Shown piece by piece: positions 1-8,482 of a DNA stretch of 43,447 nucleotides. The position numbers were made by a program, and so were the translations under genes. This DNA comes from an uncultured bacterium. Its GTDB lineage: Bacteria; Pseudomonadota; Gammaproteobacteria; Pseudomonadales; Porticoccaceae. The notes beneath the pieces are model-generated. The model did no database searches. It saw nothing but the letters and a program-made list of their open reading frames with translations, and was not told the DNA's origin. The number at the start of each line of letters is the position of its first letter. Positions within the stretch are counted from its first letter, which is position 1. Location: positions 1-43,447 of the forward strand of contig CBDDRG010000307.1 in assembly GCA_965232975.1 (NCBI GenBank), in the 5' to 3' direction.

Positions 1-513
1 GACGCCATCATGCTGTCGGGCGAGACCACGGTGGGCAAATACCCGGTGCGCTGTGTCGAGATGCTCGATCGTATCGCGCGCTCCATCGAAAACAGTCGCG
101 GGCTGCGCTTTACCGACGAACTCGTTCCCAGCGACGACAAACAGCAGGTGGCGGCCGCGGCGGTGCGCCTCGCCGAAGCCATTGGCGCACGCGGCATCAT
201 CGTGCCCACGCGCAGCGGGCGCATGGCCAACCATGTCACCAACTGCCATCCGCAGACGCCGGTGATCTGCGCCTTCACCTTTGATGAGCGGACTCGCCGC
301 CAGCTCGTGCTCAATCGCAATGTACTGAGCTATTGCATTCCCCACCATGACGACCCGGAGCTGATTTTGGCGGCGGCGGCGGCGATCCTGATCGAACGCC
401 AAGAGTTCGCGGCCGACGCTAAAATGGTGGTGCTCTCCGACATTCTCGCCGGCACCGGGGTCGGCGCGATCCAGATCCGCAGCCTAGGCGACCTGCTCAG
501 GGCGTCCGGCTAG
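1..513 (+). CDS. pyk: Pyruvate kinase, C-terminal part (5' end outside window)
   Basis: Frame 1 is open from the window edge. It begins DAIMLSGETTVGKYP (pyruvate kinase signature region) and continues through a C-terminal regulatory-type domain. The TAG stop at 511-513 lies inside the CTAG flank of the adjacent repeat. Confidence 0.85.
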   Translation, partial: DAIMLSGETTVGKYPVRCVEMLDRIARSIENSRGLRFTDELVPSDDKQQVAAAAVRLAEAIGARGIIVPTRSGRMANHVTNCHPQTPVICAFTFDERTRRQLVLNRNVLSYCIPHHDDPELILAAAAAILIERQEFAADAKMVVLSDILAGTGVGAIQIRSLGDLLRASG

Positions 514-677
514 GAGCCTGTCGGACTTGAGCGTCCGTAGCGAGGGAAAGTCCGATTTGAGGCAGATTTTGCGCAAATTTGCGGCGAATAATGGATTATT
601 CAACAGAAATTTGCGCAAAATATGACCAAATTCGGCTTTTCCGCAGTAGGACAGTCTCAAGTCCGACAGGCTCCTAG
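510..677. mobile_element. MITE-like palindromic repeat, copy A (168 bp)
   Basis: Perfect 22-bp terminal inverted repeats: CTAGGAGCCTGTCGGACTTGAG and CTCAAGTCCGACAGGCTCCTAG. There is no credible ORF. The interior is a nested imperfect palindrome containing two TTTGCGCAAA palindromes. A near-identical inverted copy lies at 39317-39485 and a short derivative at 12900-12976. Confidence 0.7.
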
Positions 678-679
678 AC

Positions 680-2191
680 TCAGCTCAAGAACAGCCGGTA
701 GGCGTCGTTGTTGGTCTCGTCCTGATAACGATAGTTGAGCGAATCCAGAAACAGCGGCACCTCGCCTCGTTCAGACATCGGCACCTGTAGCCCGACCAGC
801 ACCCAGCCGTAGGCGGAACCGTGATTGCGGTAGTGGAACATCGAGATGTTCCAGCGCCCGCCGAGCTTGCCGAGGAAGTTCGCCAGCGCGCTCGGGCGCT
901 CGGGGAACTCGAAGCGATAGACCACCTCGTCGTTGATCTCGGGCGCACGGCCACCGACCATGTAGCGGATGTGCAGCTTGGCCATCTCGTTGTCGGTCAT
1001 GTCGGCGACCGGATAGCCCTGGTCGCGCAAATCGCGGATCAGCGCATCGCGGTCGCCCTTGGCGTGCACTTGCACGCCGACGAAAATGTGCGCCTCGCGG
1101 TGGTCGGCGTAGCGATAGTTGAACTCGGTGATCATGCGCTGGCTCAGCGCGTCGCAAAACTGGCGAAAACTGCCCGGGCGTTCGGGGATGGTCACCGCCA
1201 GCACTGCCTCGCGCTGTTCGCCGATCTCGGTGCGCTCGGAGATATAGCGCAGGCGGTCGAAATTGATGTTGGCGCCACTGTCGATGGCGAGCAGCGTCTG
1301 ACCAGCGCAGCCGGTACTGGCGACATGCTTCTTGAGCCCGGCGACGGCGAGAGCCCCGGCCGGCTCGCAGATGGAGCGGGTGTCATCGAAGATATCCTTG
1401 ATCGCCGCGCAGATCTCATCGGTGGTGACGGTGATCGCGCCGTCGATCGTCTTCCGCAGCACGCGGAAGGTCTCCTCGCCAACCTGCGCGACCGCGGTGC
1501 CGTCGGCGAACAGCCCCACCTCCTTCAGGCGCTCGCGGCGCCCGGTGGCCATGGCCGCGGCCAGACAGGCGGCATCCTCGGCCTCGACCGCGAAGATCTT
1601 GATCTGCGGGCGCACAAATTTGACGTAGGCGGCGATGCCAGCGCACAGGCCACCGCCGCCGACGGGCACGAAGATGGCATCGAGCGCGCCCGGCCGCTGG
1701 CGCAGAATTTCGACGGCGATGGTGCCCTGGCCGGCGATGACGTCCGGATCGTCGAACGGATGGATATAGACCAGACCTTCGTCCGCGACCAGCGTCTGCG
1801 CAAACACGGCGGCGTCGTCATAGGTATCGCCGTGCAGCACGACCCGCGCGCCGCGACTGCGCACTGCGTCGATCTTGATCTGGGGAGTAGTGTGGGGCAT
1901 CACGATGCAGGCGTTCACGCCCATCTTCTGCGCCGCGAGCGCCACGCCCTGGGCGTGGTTGCCGGCCGATGCGGTGACCACGCCACGCGCCTTCTCGGCC
2001 GCCGTCAACTTCAGCATGCGGTTGTAGGCGCCGCGCAGCTTGAACGAAAACACCGGCTGCAAGTCCTCGCGTTTCAGCAGCACCTGGTTGTTCAGCTTGT
2101 GGGAGAGCAGCGGCGCATCGTCGATCGGCGTCTCCTCGGCAAGATCATAGATGCGCGCGTCGAGGATGCGCTTGACGTAGCTATCGGGCAT
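680..2191 (-). CDS. ilvA: Biosynthetic threonine ammonia-lyase (threonine dehydratase)
   Basis: Carries the PLP-lysine motif FSFKLRGAYN, a GGGGL loop and a duplicated C-terminal regulatory domain. Length (~503 aa) is typical. I prefer the ATG at 2191 (MPDSYVKRIL) over the upstream ORF start at 2269. Confidence 0.9.
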   Translation of the reverse strand: MPDSYVKRILDARIYDLAEETPIDDAPLLSHKLNNQVLLKREDLQPVFSFKLRGAYNRMLKLTAAEKARGVVTASAGNHAQGVALAAQKMGVNACIVMPHTTPQIKIDAVRSRGARVVLHGDTYDDAAVFAQTLVADEGLVYIHPFDDPDVIAGQGTIAVEILRQRPGALDAIFVPVGGGGLCAGIAAYVKFVRPQIKIFAVEAEDAACLAAAMATGRRERLKEVGLFADGTAVAQVGEETFRVLRKTIDGAITVTTDEICAAIKDIFDDTRSICEPAGALAVAGLKKHVASTGCAGQTLLAIDSGANINFDRLRYISERTEIGEQREAVLAVTIPERPGSFRQFCDALSQRMITEFNYRYADHREAHIFVGVQVHAKGDRDALIRDLRDQGYPVADMTDNEMAKLHIRYMVGGRAPEINDEVVYRFEFPERPSALANFLGKLGGRWNISMFHYRNHGSAYGWVLVGLQVPMSERGEVPLFLDSLNYRYQDETNNDAYRLFLS

Positions 2192-2238
2192 TGCCAGGGG
2201 TTCCAGCCGGGTAAAAGCAAGCGCGCATGGTAAGTTTT

Positions 2239-2276
2239 CACTGCCGTGCGCGCCAGCCGCGGCGCGCACGGCAGTG
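2239..2276. repeat. Perfect 16-bp-stem inverted repeat (hairpin) upstream of ilvA
   Basis: CACTGCCGTGCGCGCC, then loop AGCCGC, then GGCGCGCACGGCAGTG. It sits about 48 nt upstream of the preferred ilvA start. Neither strand has a U-tract after it. Confidence 0.5.
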
Positions 2277-2546
2277 CTTGGGGATAACCGTGTGCAAAGT
2301 TGTGGGCAATATTTCGCAGGTTGCTCCGGCTTGACGTTGGCAATGCGCCAGACACAGGCGCCGGACAGGCTGTCGGCGCCTTATACGAGTGTTTGACTAG
2401 CGGAAAAGTCTTGTATAACAATTGGTTGATGGAGTTTTCAACAGGCTTTGGCCGACCATCTATCACATCTACAGATCTATTTATCTATCACTTAGATAAA
2501 ACTATTAGATCTATTAAACCGATAACCAAAAAAACGAATCAATCGC

Positions 2547-3530
2547 TCAGGCCGTTGCCACGAAGGTCGCCCGCACCGGCGCTGGATGGCCTTCCACAGT
2601 CGAGGTCGGGTTGGCGGGATCCAGAAAATCGGCCAGTGACTCAAAGCGCATCCAGGCCGTGGTGCGCTGCTCGGCGACGGTGGTCGGGCACAGATCGACG
2701 AGCCGCGGCGCGACGAAGCCGCACTTGCGCAGCCAGCCGAGCAGTGTCGCCGGTGACGGGATAAACCACACATTGGCCATCTTGGCGTAGCGCCCTTCGG
2801 GCACCAGCACCTGGCCATCGCCGCCCGTGATCACCAGGGTTTCCAGCACCAGCTCACCGCCCGGCCGCAGCAGGTTCTTCAGCTCGCGCAGATGATCCAG
2901 CGGCGAGCGGCGGTGGTAGAGCACCCCCATCGAGAACACCGTGTCGAACGCCGCCAGGTTGGCCGGCATGTCTTCGATGCCCAGCGGCAGCACATCGACG
3001 GCCGGCGGTGCGCGCAGGAACCTGGTTGCGTAATGCTTGAAGGCGTAAAACTGATGTGCGAATAGCTGCGAGGGGTCGATGCCGATGACGCGGCGCGCGC
3101 CGGCGCCGTGCATGCGCCAGCAGTAGTAGCCGTTGCCGCAACCGACATCGAGCACCAGCCGGTCGCGCAGCGGCGCCAGGTGCGGCTGCACGCGCTGCCA
3201 CTTCCAATCCGAGCGCCATTCGCTGTCGATATGCAGCCCGAACAGGTTCCAGGGCCCTTTGCGCCAGGGGTGCAGTGCCATCAACGCGCGCTGCAACTGC
3301 TGGCGTTGGCTGGTGGTGCAATCGTCGGCTTCCCCGATGCGGACGCCCTCGACGAAATCGCAGCACGATGGCGTCAGGTCGGGCAAGTCCGCCAGCGCCC
3401 GTTGCCAGCGCGGCAGATCGCCCCAGCGGGCGACGCCGGCCTGGCGCTCGATATGCGCCGGCAACTGTTCCGCCCATGACCGCAGCGGCCCGGTGTCCAG
3501 CGCAGCGATGAGTGGCGCGTAATCGATCAC
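2547..3530 (-). CDS. cmoB: tRNA U34 carboxymethyltransferase CmoB
   Basis: Motifs WRKGPW, SEWRSDWKW, VLDVGCGNGYY, FSMGVLYHRRSP and ESLADFLDP match E. coli CmoB from memory. The likely GTG start at 3530 overlaps the cmoA stop (GTGA). The ORF track extends to 3563. Confidence 0.85.
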   Translation of the reverse strand: MIDYAPLIAALDTGPLRSWAEQLPAHIERQAGVARWGDLPRWQRALADLPDLTPSCCDFVEGVRIGEADDCTTSQRQQLQRALMALHPWRKGPWNLFGLHIDSEWRSDWKWQRVQPHLAPLRDRLVLDVGCGNGYYCWRMHGAGARRVIGIDPSQLFAHQFYAFKHYATRFLRAPPAVDVLPLGIEDMPANLAAFDTVFSMGVLYHRRSPLDHLRELKNLLRPGGELVLETLVITGGDGQVLVPEGRYAKMANVWFIPSPATLLGWLRKCGFVAPRLVDLCPTTVAEQRTTAWMRFESLADFLDPANPTSTVEGHPAPVRATFVATA

Positions 3531-4276
3531 TTGATGGCGAGCAGCGACGCGAAGTTGAAACACTGGAACCAGACGTCGATGGTTCGAAAGCCGGCGCGCT
3601 GCAGGCGCTGGCGGTGGGCATCGAGGGTTTCGGGGATCAGCACGGCTTCGAGCGCCGCGCGCTTCTGGCTGACCTCGAGGTCGCTGTAGCCGTTGGCGCG
3701 CTTGAAGGCGTGGTGCAGCTCGATCATCAATTCATGCAGATGCGCATCGACGAAGGCGATCTTCTCCGACAGCACCAGCACGCCACCGGGCAGCAGGCCG
3801 TGGTAGATGCCCGCCAGCAGCCGATCGCGATCGGCGATGGGCACGAACTGCAGCGTGAAGTTGAGCACCGCCATCGACGCCTGGGTGATTGTCAGCGCAC
3901 GAATGTCGGTGCAGACGAGCTCGACCGGCGTCGGCGCATCGTCCTGTGCCAGCAGCTCGCGACAGCGGGCGATCATGGCCTCGGCGTTGTCGGCGGCGAC
4001 GATGGTGCAGTTGGGGGCGCGGATATGGCGGCGCATCGCGAGTGTCGCCGCGCCGAGCGAGCAGCCGAGGTCGTAGCAGCGGCTGTTGGGTTGGACATAG
4101 CGCGCGCTCAGCGTGCCGGTCAGCGCCAGGATGGTGTCGTAGCCGGGCACCGAGCGGCGGATCATGTCGGGAAAGACGGCCGCGACGCGGTCGTCAAAGC
4201 GAAAGCCGGCGATCGCCGGCTGGGGTACTGCAAACAGCTCGTCGCGAGCGTCCACACCAGTATCCGGCAACAGCAA
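3527..4276 (-). CDS. cmoA: Carboxy-S-adenosyl-L-methionine synthase CmoA
   Basis: FDDRVAAVFPDMIRRSVPGY, YDLGCSLGAATL, VLNFTLQF and FKRANGYSDLEVSQKR are collinear with E. coli CmoA. Coupled to cmoB. Confidence 0.9.
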   Translation of the reverse strand: MLLPDTGVDARDELFAVPQPAIAGFRFDDRVAAVFPDMIRRSVPGYDTILALTGTLSARYVQPNSRCYDLGCSLGAATLAMRRHIRAPNCTIVAADNAEAMIARCRELLAQDDAPTPVELVCTDIRALTITQASMAVLNFTLQFVPIADRDRLLAGIYHGLLPGGVLVLSEKIAFVDAHLHELMIELHHAFKRANGYSDLEVSQKRAALEAVLIPETLDAHRQRLQRAGFRTIDVWFQCFNFASLLAIK

Positions 4277-4286
4277 ATCCGGCGCG

Positions 4287-7241
4287 CTACAGCGACCGCA
4301 CCGCGAGGCCCAGGTCGAGCTGGTCGGCGCGGTTCGCGCTGGTGACCACCGCGGTGCTCGCCTTGGCCGGCGTCAGGTAGGTGGCCGCCACGCGCAGCAG
4401 GTCGTCGAGGGTCACGGCGAGCACGCGGGCGCGGAAGCGTTCCTGGAGGGCGCGGCTGCGGCCGCTCAGTTCAGCGTGAAATGCCCGTTTGGCTTCACCG
4501 GCCGGCGAGCCGGGCTTATCGATGGCCGAGATTACGCCGAGGATGGCCTCCTCGACTTGCTGCCAGTCGTGTTTTTCGTTCAGCAACCAGTGAATGGATT
4601 GGTCGAAATCGGTCAGCGTGCCCTCGATGCGCGGATCCCGGTAGGAGTAAAACCGGAACGCGCCTATGTTGTTGTCCTGGCCGGCGCCGCCGCCGTAGGC
4701 GCCGCCCTGTTCGCGGATCGCCCGGTGCAGGTAGCCGTTGCGCAGGAAGCCGCCGAGCACATTGAGTGCGGGTGCGTCCGGGTGATCCATGGCGACGGTA
4801 GCGTAGGCGCGGGCGCAGAAGCTGACCTGGGTGCTGGTTTTCCACACGTCCTGGATCGTCGCGTGGAGCTCGGGCGGGTTGAATGCCTGAAATGCGTTCG
4901 CGCCGGGGGCGTGGCAGTGGGCGAACAGTGCCTGCTGGTAATCGTCGAGGCGCTCGCGCTCGCCAACCAGCAGGAATTGCCGCGGCGCGCGCGACAGCGC
5001 GGTGTGGATTTCGCGTAATGCATCGGCGAGATCCGACAGCTTCCTGGGGTCTTCCAGATGCTGATCGAGCTGCTTCAGCAGGCGAATGCCTTCGAGGCCG
5101 CCCCAGCGATGGGCCAGGTGCGCGTTCGGGCTCAAGCCGCTGGCGGCGGCACTCATGGCGAGGCCGTGGCCACTGCCGGTGATGCTGCTCTCGCGACGCA
5201 CCCGCGCCTGGGCGACTAGTTCCCGCAGGCGTGGCAGTTCGTCGAAGCGCACCTGGTCCAGCGTCTCCTGCATCAGTTCGCACAACGCGGCCTGGTTGCG
5301 GGCGAGACCCTTGGCGGCGAGCACCAGGTGCCCCGAGGTCTTCTGCACGTCGTCGGGGCGGTTGTGGGTGGTGGCGTAGGCGTTGATGCTGCCGCAGATC
5401 CGCGATTGCCATAATTGGGTGGCGAGATAATCGCGCCGGCCGATTCCCAGTTCGGTAACACAGTTGGTGTAAACCGGCAGCAGATCGAGCAGTCGGTTCG
5501 GCAGTTCCGGCAGCGGCATGATGATCTGCTGGTAGACCAGGCCGTTGGTGCCGACGCCATAGCTGGTCAGCGGTAGCGGCGCCGCGATCTTGCTGGAAGC
5601 CTCGCTGTAGGCCAGCTCCGGCGAGACGTCTTCCAGCCCGACCTTGGGCAGCAGACTGGCGTCCGGGTGTTGCGCCTGGCGGGCGGCGAGGGCTTCGGCG
5701 CGCTGAATGATTGCGGCGGCCGCGGGCGCGTCGAGGCTTGCCTTGATGGCCGCCAACTGGGCGGTTTCGGCCTGCTCGCGGCGCTTGCCGAGTTCGGGTT
5801 CGGGGCGCAGCGTCAGCCGCACGCGATGCGTATTGTCGAGCAGCAGCTCACGGGTCAGGCGCTTGATGAAGTCGGGATCGGCGATCTCCTGCCGCAGCTC
5901 GTCGAGCGCGCCTTCGAGGTCGAGCAGTGCAATGGGGTCGCCGCGGTGGGTGGCGCTGGTCAGCGCGGTGAGGATCAGTTGCAGGCCATAGGGATAGCTG
6001 TCGCCACCGATCTCGCGCTGGTGCAGTTCCAGCTGGTGCAATGCCGCCTCGACGCGCTCCTGGGGCACGCCGTTGGCGGCGACATCCTTCAATACGTCCA
6101 GGATCAGCGCCTCGACGGCATCGGCATCGCCGACCTCGCTGCCCTCGATGCCACAGGTGAAGCACAGCTCGCGGTGGGAGTCGTCGAGGCCGCACAGCGG
6201 CGACGGCGCGGTGCCGAGTTCGGTGGTTTCCAGCGCCTGCATCAGCGGCGACGCGCTGTTGTCGAGCAGCACCGAGTTGAGTAGGTGGGCGTGCAGGCTT
6301 GCCTTCAGATCGGTCGTCTTGCCCAGCAGCCAGCCGAGTACCACATGGGTTTTGCGCTCGCTGCTGCCGGCCTCGTCGAACGCATAACCCTCTTCGACAC
6401 GCACCGGCGCCAGATAGCGCTTCTCGTCGGGCACCGCGATCTGCTCCGCCAGCGGTGTGAAGCGGGTCAGTACGCGAGCTTCGAACTGGCGCTGGTGGTC
6501 ACTGGCCGGGATGTCACCGAACGTCATGAAAATGGCGTTGCTGGGGTGGTAGTGGGTTTGGTAGAAGTGCACCAGTTGCTGATAGGTCAGGTCGGGGATG
6601 CACTCCGGATCGCCGCCGCTGTTGTGGTGGTAGGTCGTCGTCGGGTACAGGTACTTGCACAGCGTGTGCCACAGCGTCGAGGGCACCGAACTCATCGCGC
6701 CCTTCATCTCGTTGTAGACGACGCCCTTGTACACCAGCGGCGATTCCGGGTTGCCGGGTTCGGCAAACTCCAGCCGGTGGCCCTCCTGGCAGAAATCGAG
6801 CTCGTCGAGACGGGAGAAGAACACTGCGTCCAGATAGACGTCGAGCAGGTTGTCGAAGTCCTTGCGGTTCTGGCTCGCGAACGGGTAGGCCGTCCAGTCG
6901 GAACTGGTGAACGCGTTCATGAAGGTGTTCAGCGAGCGGCGGATCATCATGAAAAACGGGTCCCGCACCGGGTAGCGCTCGCTGCCGCACAGGGCCGTGT
7001 GTTCGAGAATATGGGCGACGCCGCGGGAATCCTCCGGCACCGTGCGCAGCGCCACCAGAAACACGTTTTCCTTGTTGTCGGCAGCGATGTGGATATGTTG
7101 CGCGCCGGTCGCCGTGTGGCGGTATTCCTCCACCACCAGCTTGAGGGAAGCGATCGCCTGGCTGCGGATGAATTCGAATGTGGGGTGAGCCTGGGCATTC
7201 ATGGCAGAGTTACCTGGTTGGCCGGTCGCGGGGAACTTCAT
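4287..7241 (-). CDS. M16C (PreP/falcilysin-like) zinc metallopeptidase, insulinase family
   Basis: 984-aa ORF with the inverted zinc motif HILEHTALCGS (HxxEH). The ~1000-aa size is typical of M16C. An alternative ATG lies at 7202. Confidence 0.8.
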   Translation of the reverse strand: MKFPATGQPGNSAMNAQAHPTFEFIRSQAIASLKLVVEEYRHTATGAQHIHIAADNKENVFLVALRTVPEDSRGVAHILEHTALCGSERYPVRDPFFMMIRRSLNTFMNAFTSSDWTAYPFASQNRKDFDNLLDVYLDAVFFSRLDELDFCQEGHRLEFAEPGNPESPLVYKGVVYNEMKGAMSSVPSTLWHTLCKYLYPTTTYHHNSGGDPECIPDLTYQQLVHFYQTHYHPSNAIFMTFGDIPASDHQRQFEARVLTRFTPLAEQIAVPDEKRYLAPVRVEEGYAFDEAGSSERKTHVVLGWLLGKTTDLKASLHAHLLNSVLLDNSASPLMQALETTELGTAPSPLCGLDDSHRELCFTCGIEGSEVGDADAVEALILDVLKDVAANGVPQERVEAALHQLELHQREIGGDSYPYGLQLILTALTSATHRGDPIALLDLEGALDELRQEIADPDFIKRLTRELLLDNTHRVRLTLRPEPELGKRREQAETAQLAAIKASLDAPAAAAIIQRAEALAARQAQHPDASLLPKVGLEDVSPELAYSEASSKIAAPLPLTSYGVGTNGLVYQQIIMPLPELPNRLLDLLPVYTNCVTELGIGRRDYLATQLWQSRICGSINAYATTHNRPDDVQKTSGHLVLAAKGLARNQAALCELMQETLDQVRFDELPRLRELVAQARVRRESSITGSGHGLAMSAAASGLSPNAHLAHRWGGLEGIRLLKQLDQHLEDPRKLSDLADALREIHTALSRAPRQFLLVGERERLDDYQQALFAHCHAPGANAFQAFNPPELHATIQDVWKTSTQVSFCARAYATVAMDHPDAPALNVLGGFLRNGYLHRAIREQGGAYGGGAGQDNNIGAFRFYSYRDPRIEGTLTDFDQSIHWLLNEKHDWQQVEEAILGVISAIDKPGSPAGEAKRAFHAELSGRSRALQERFRARVLAVTLDDLLRVAATYLTPAKASTAVVTSANRADQLDLGLAVRSL

Positions 7242-7306
7242 TCTACCTGCCGCCGCTGCATCCGGGCTAGAATCGGGCGGACAACAACTTTAAGTCAGTA
7301 CCTGCC

Positions 7307-8482
7307 ATGCCTGACCAGACCGAGCTGGATACCTTCCGCGCCGATATCGCCGGCTGGATCAATGCCAACTACCCCGCCGAATTGCGGGCGCCGCCCAGCC
7401 CCGACGACATTGGCATCAGCAAGGCCGCCGAGCAGCGCTGGCAGCGGCTGCGCGCGGCGAAGGGGTATCTCGCTCCCACCTGGCCGACCGAATACGGCGG
7501 CGCCGGCCTGGATCGCGAACGGGCCCGTATTCTGGCGCAGGAATTCCGCCGCGCCGGCGTGAGCCCGCCGCCGATCAGCGCGGGGCTGTCGCTGTTGGGG
7601 CCGGTGTTGATGCAGCGCGGCACGCCGGCGCAGAAAAGCCGCCATCTGCCCGGCATCGCCGGCGACACCGTGTTCTGGTGCCAGGGCTACAGCGAACCCG
7701 GGGCCGGCTCCGATCTCGCGAGCCTGACCACCCGCGCCGAACTGGTGGGCGATCACTTCGTCGTCAATGGGCACAAACTGTGGACATCACATGCCGACAA
7801 GGCCGACTGGATGTTCTGCCTGGTGCGCACGGACCCGGCCGCCCCGCAACACGAGGGCATCAGCTTTCTGCTCATCGACATGAAAACGCCGGGCATCAGC
7901 GTGTCGCCACTGCGGCTGATCAGTGGCCCCTCGGCGTTCTGCCAGACGTTTTTCGATCAGGTGCGCGTGCCCAGGGAGAACCTGCTGGGCACCCTCGGCG
8001 AGGGCTGGAGCCTGGCCAAGCAGTTGCTCCAGTACGAGCGCCAGGCGCTCGGCTCCATCGGCCGCGGCGATCTGGGCCGCGCGCAGACGCTGCCGGACCT
8101 CGCGAAACAGGCGCTGGGTGTGGATGGCGACCGCATCGCCGATCCGGTCCTGCGGGCGCGGGTTGCCCAGTGCGAGCTCGACAGCATGGCGCTGCGGCTG
8201 ACGATGAACCGCAGCGCCGACGAAGCCGGCGCCGGGGCCGGCGGCGAGCACGTGGCGTCTCTTTTGAAGCTGTACGGCAGTGAGCTGACCATCCGCCGCC
8301 ACGAACTGATGATGACGCTGCTGGGCGCCGAGGGTCTGGGCTGGGATGGCCCCGGCTTCAACCCGGCCGCGCTGCGCACCACGCGCCAGTGGCTACGCGC
8401 GAAGGGCAATGCCATTGAGGGCGGCTCCAGCGAGATCCAGCGCAATGTCATCGCCAAACGCATTCTGGGGCTGCCCGAATGA
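7307..8482 (+). CDS. Acyl-CoA dehydrogenase family protein (catalytic-Glu-bearing partner)
   Basis: ACAD fold motifs are present (GYSEPGAGSDL, WTSHA). The C-terminal IEGGSSEIQRNVIAKRILGLP carries the canonical catalytic Glu. Its stop overlaps the next start (ATGA). Confidence 0.85.
   Translation: MPDQTELDTFRADIAGWINANYPAELRAPPSPDDIGISKAAEQRWQRLRAAKGYLAPTWPTEYGGAGLDRERARILAQEFRRAGVSPPPISAGLSLLGPVLMQRGTPAQKSRHLPGIAGDTVFWCQGYSEPGAGSDLASLTTRAELVGDHFVVNGHKLWTSHADKADWMFCLVRTDPAAPQHEGISFLLIDMKTPGISVSPLRLISGPSAFCQTFFDQVRVPRENLLGTLGEGWSLAKQLLQYERQALGSIGRGDLGRAQTLPDLAKQALGVDGDRIADPVLRARVAQCELDSMALRLTMNRSADEAGAGAGGEHVASLLKLYGSELTIRRHELMMTLLGAEGLGWDGPGFNPAALRTTRQWLRAKGNAIEGGSSEIQRNVIAKRILGLPE

Noticed and set aside
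821-2233. 470-aa ORF antisense to ilvA, with similar long antisense ORFs at 3512-4345, 6285-7562, 10442-11476, 11783-12628, 26246-27571, 40673-42208 and 42225-43337
   Set aside because: All lie opposite strongly recognisable genes and show Ala/Arg/Gly/Asp/His-rich low-complexity composition. None has a plausible RBS or start context. They are GC-driven open frames.
2440-2546. Possible oriC (AT-rich, 13-mer-like GATCTATTTATCT, two GATC sites)
   Set aside because: No cluster of consensus DnaA boxes is present and there are only two GATC sites. The location between two unrelated minus-strand genes fits a promoter or terminator spacer better. I kept it as a low-interest finding only.
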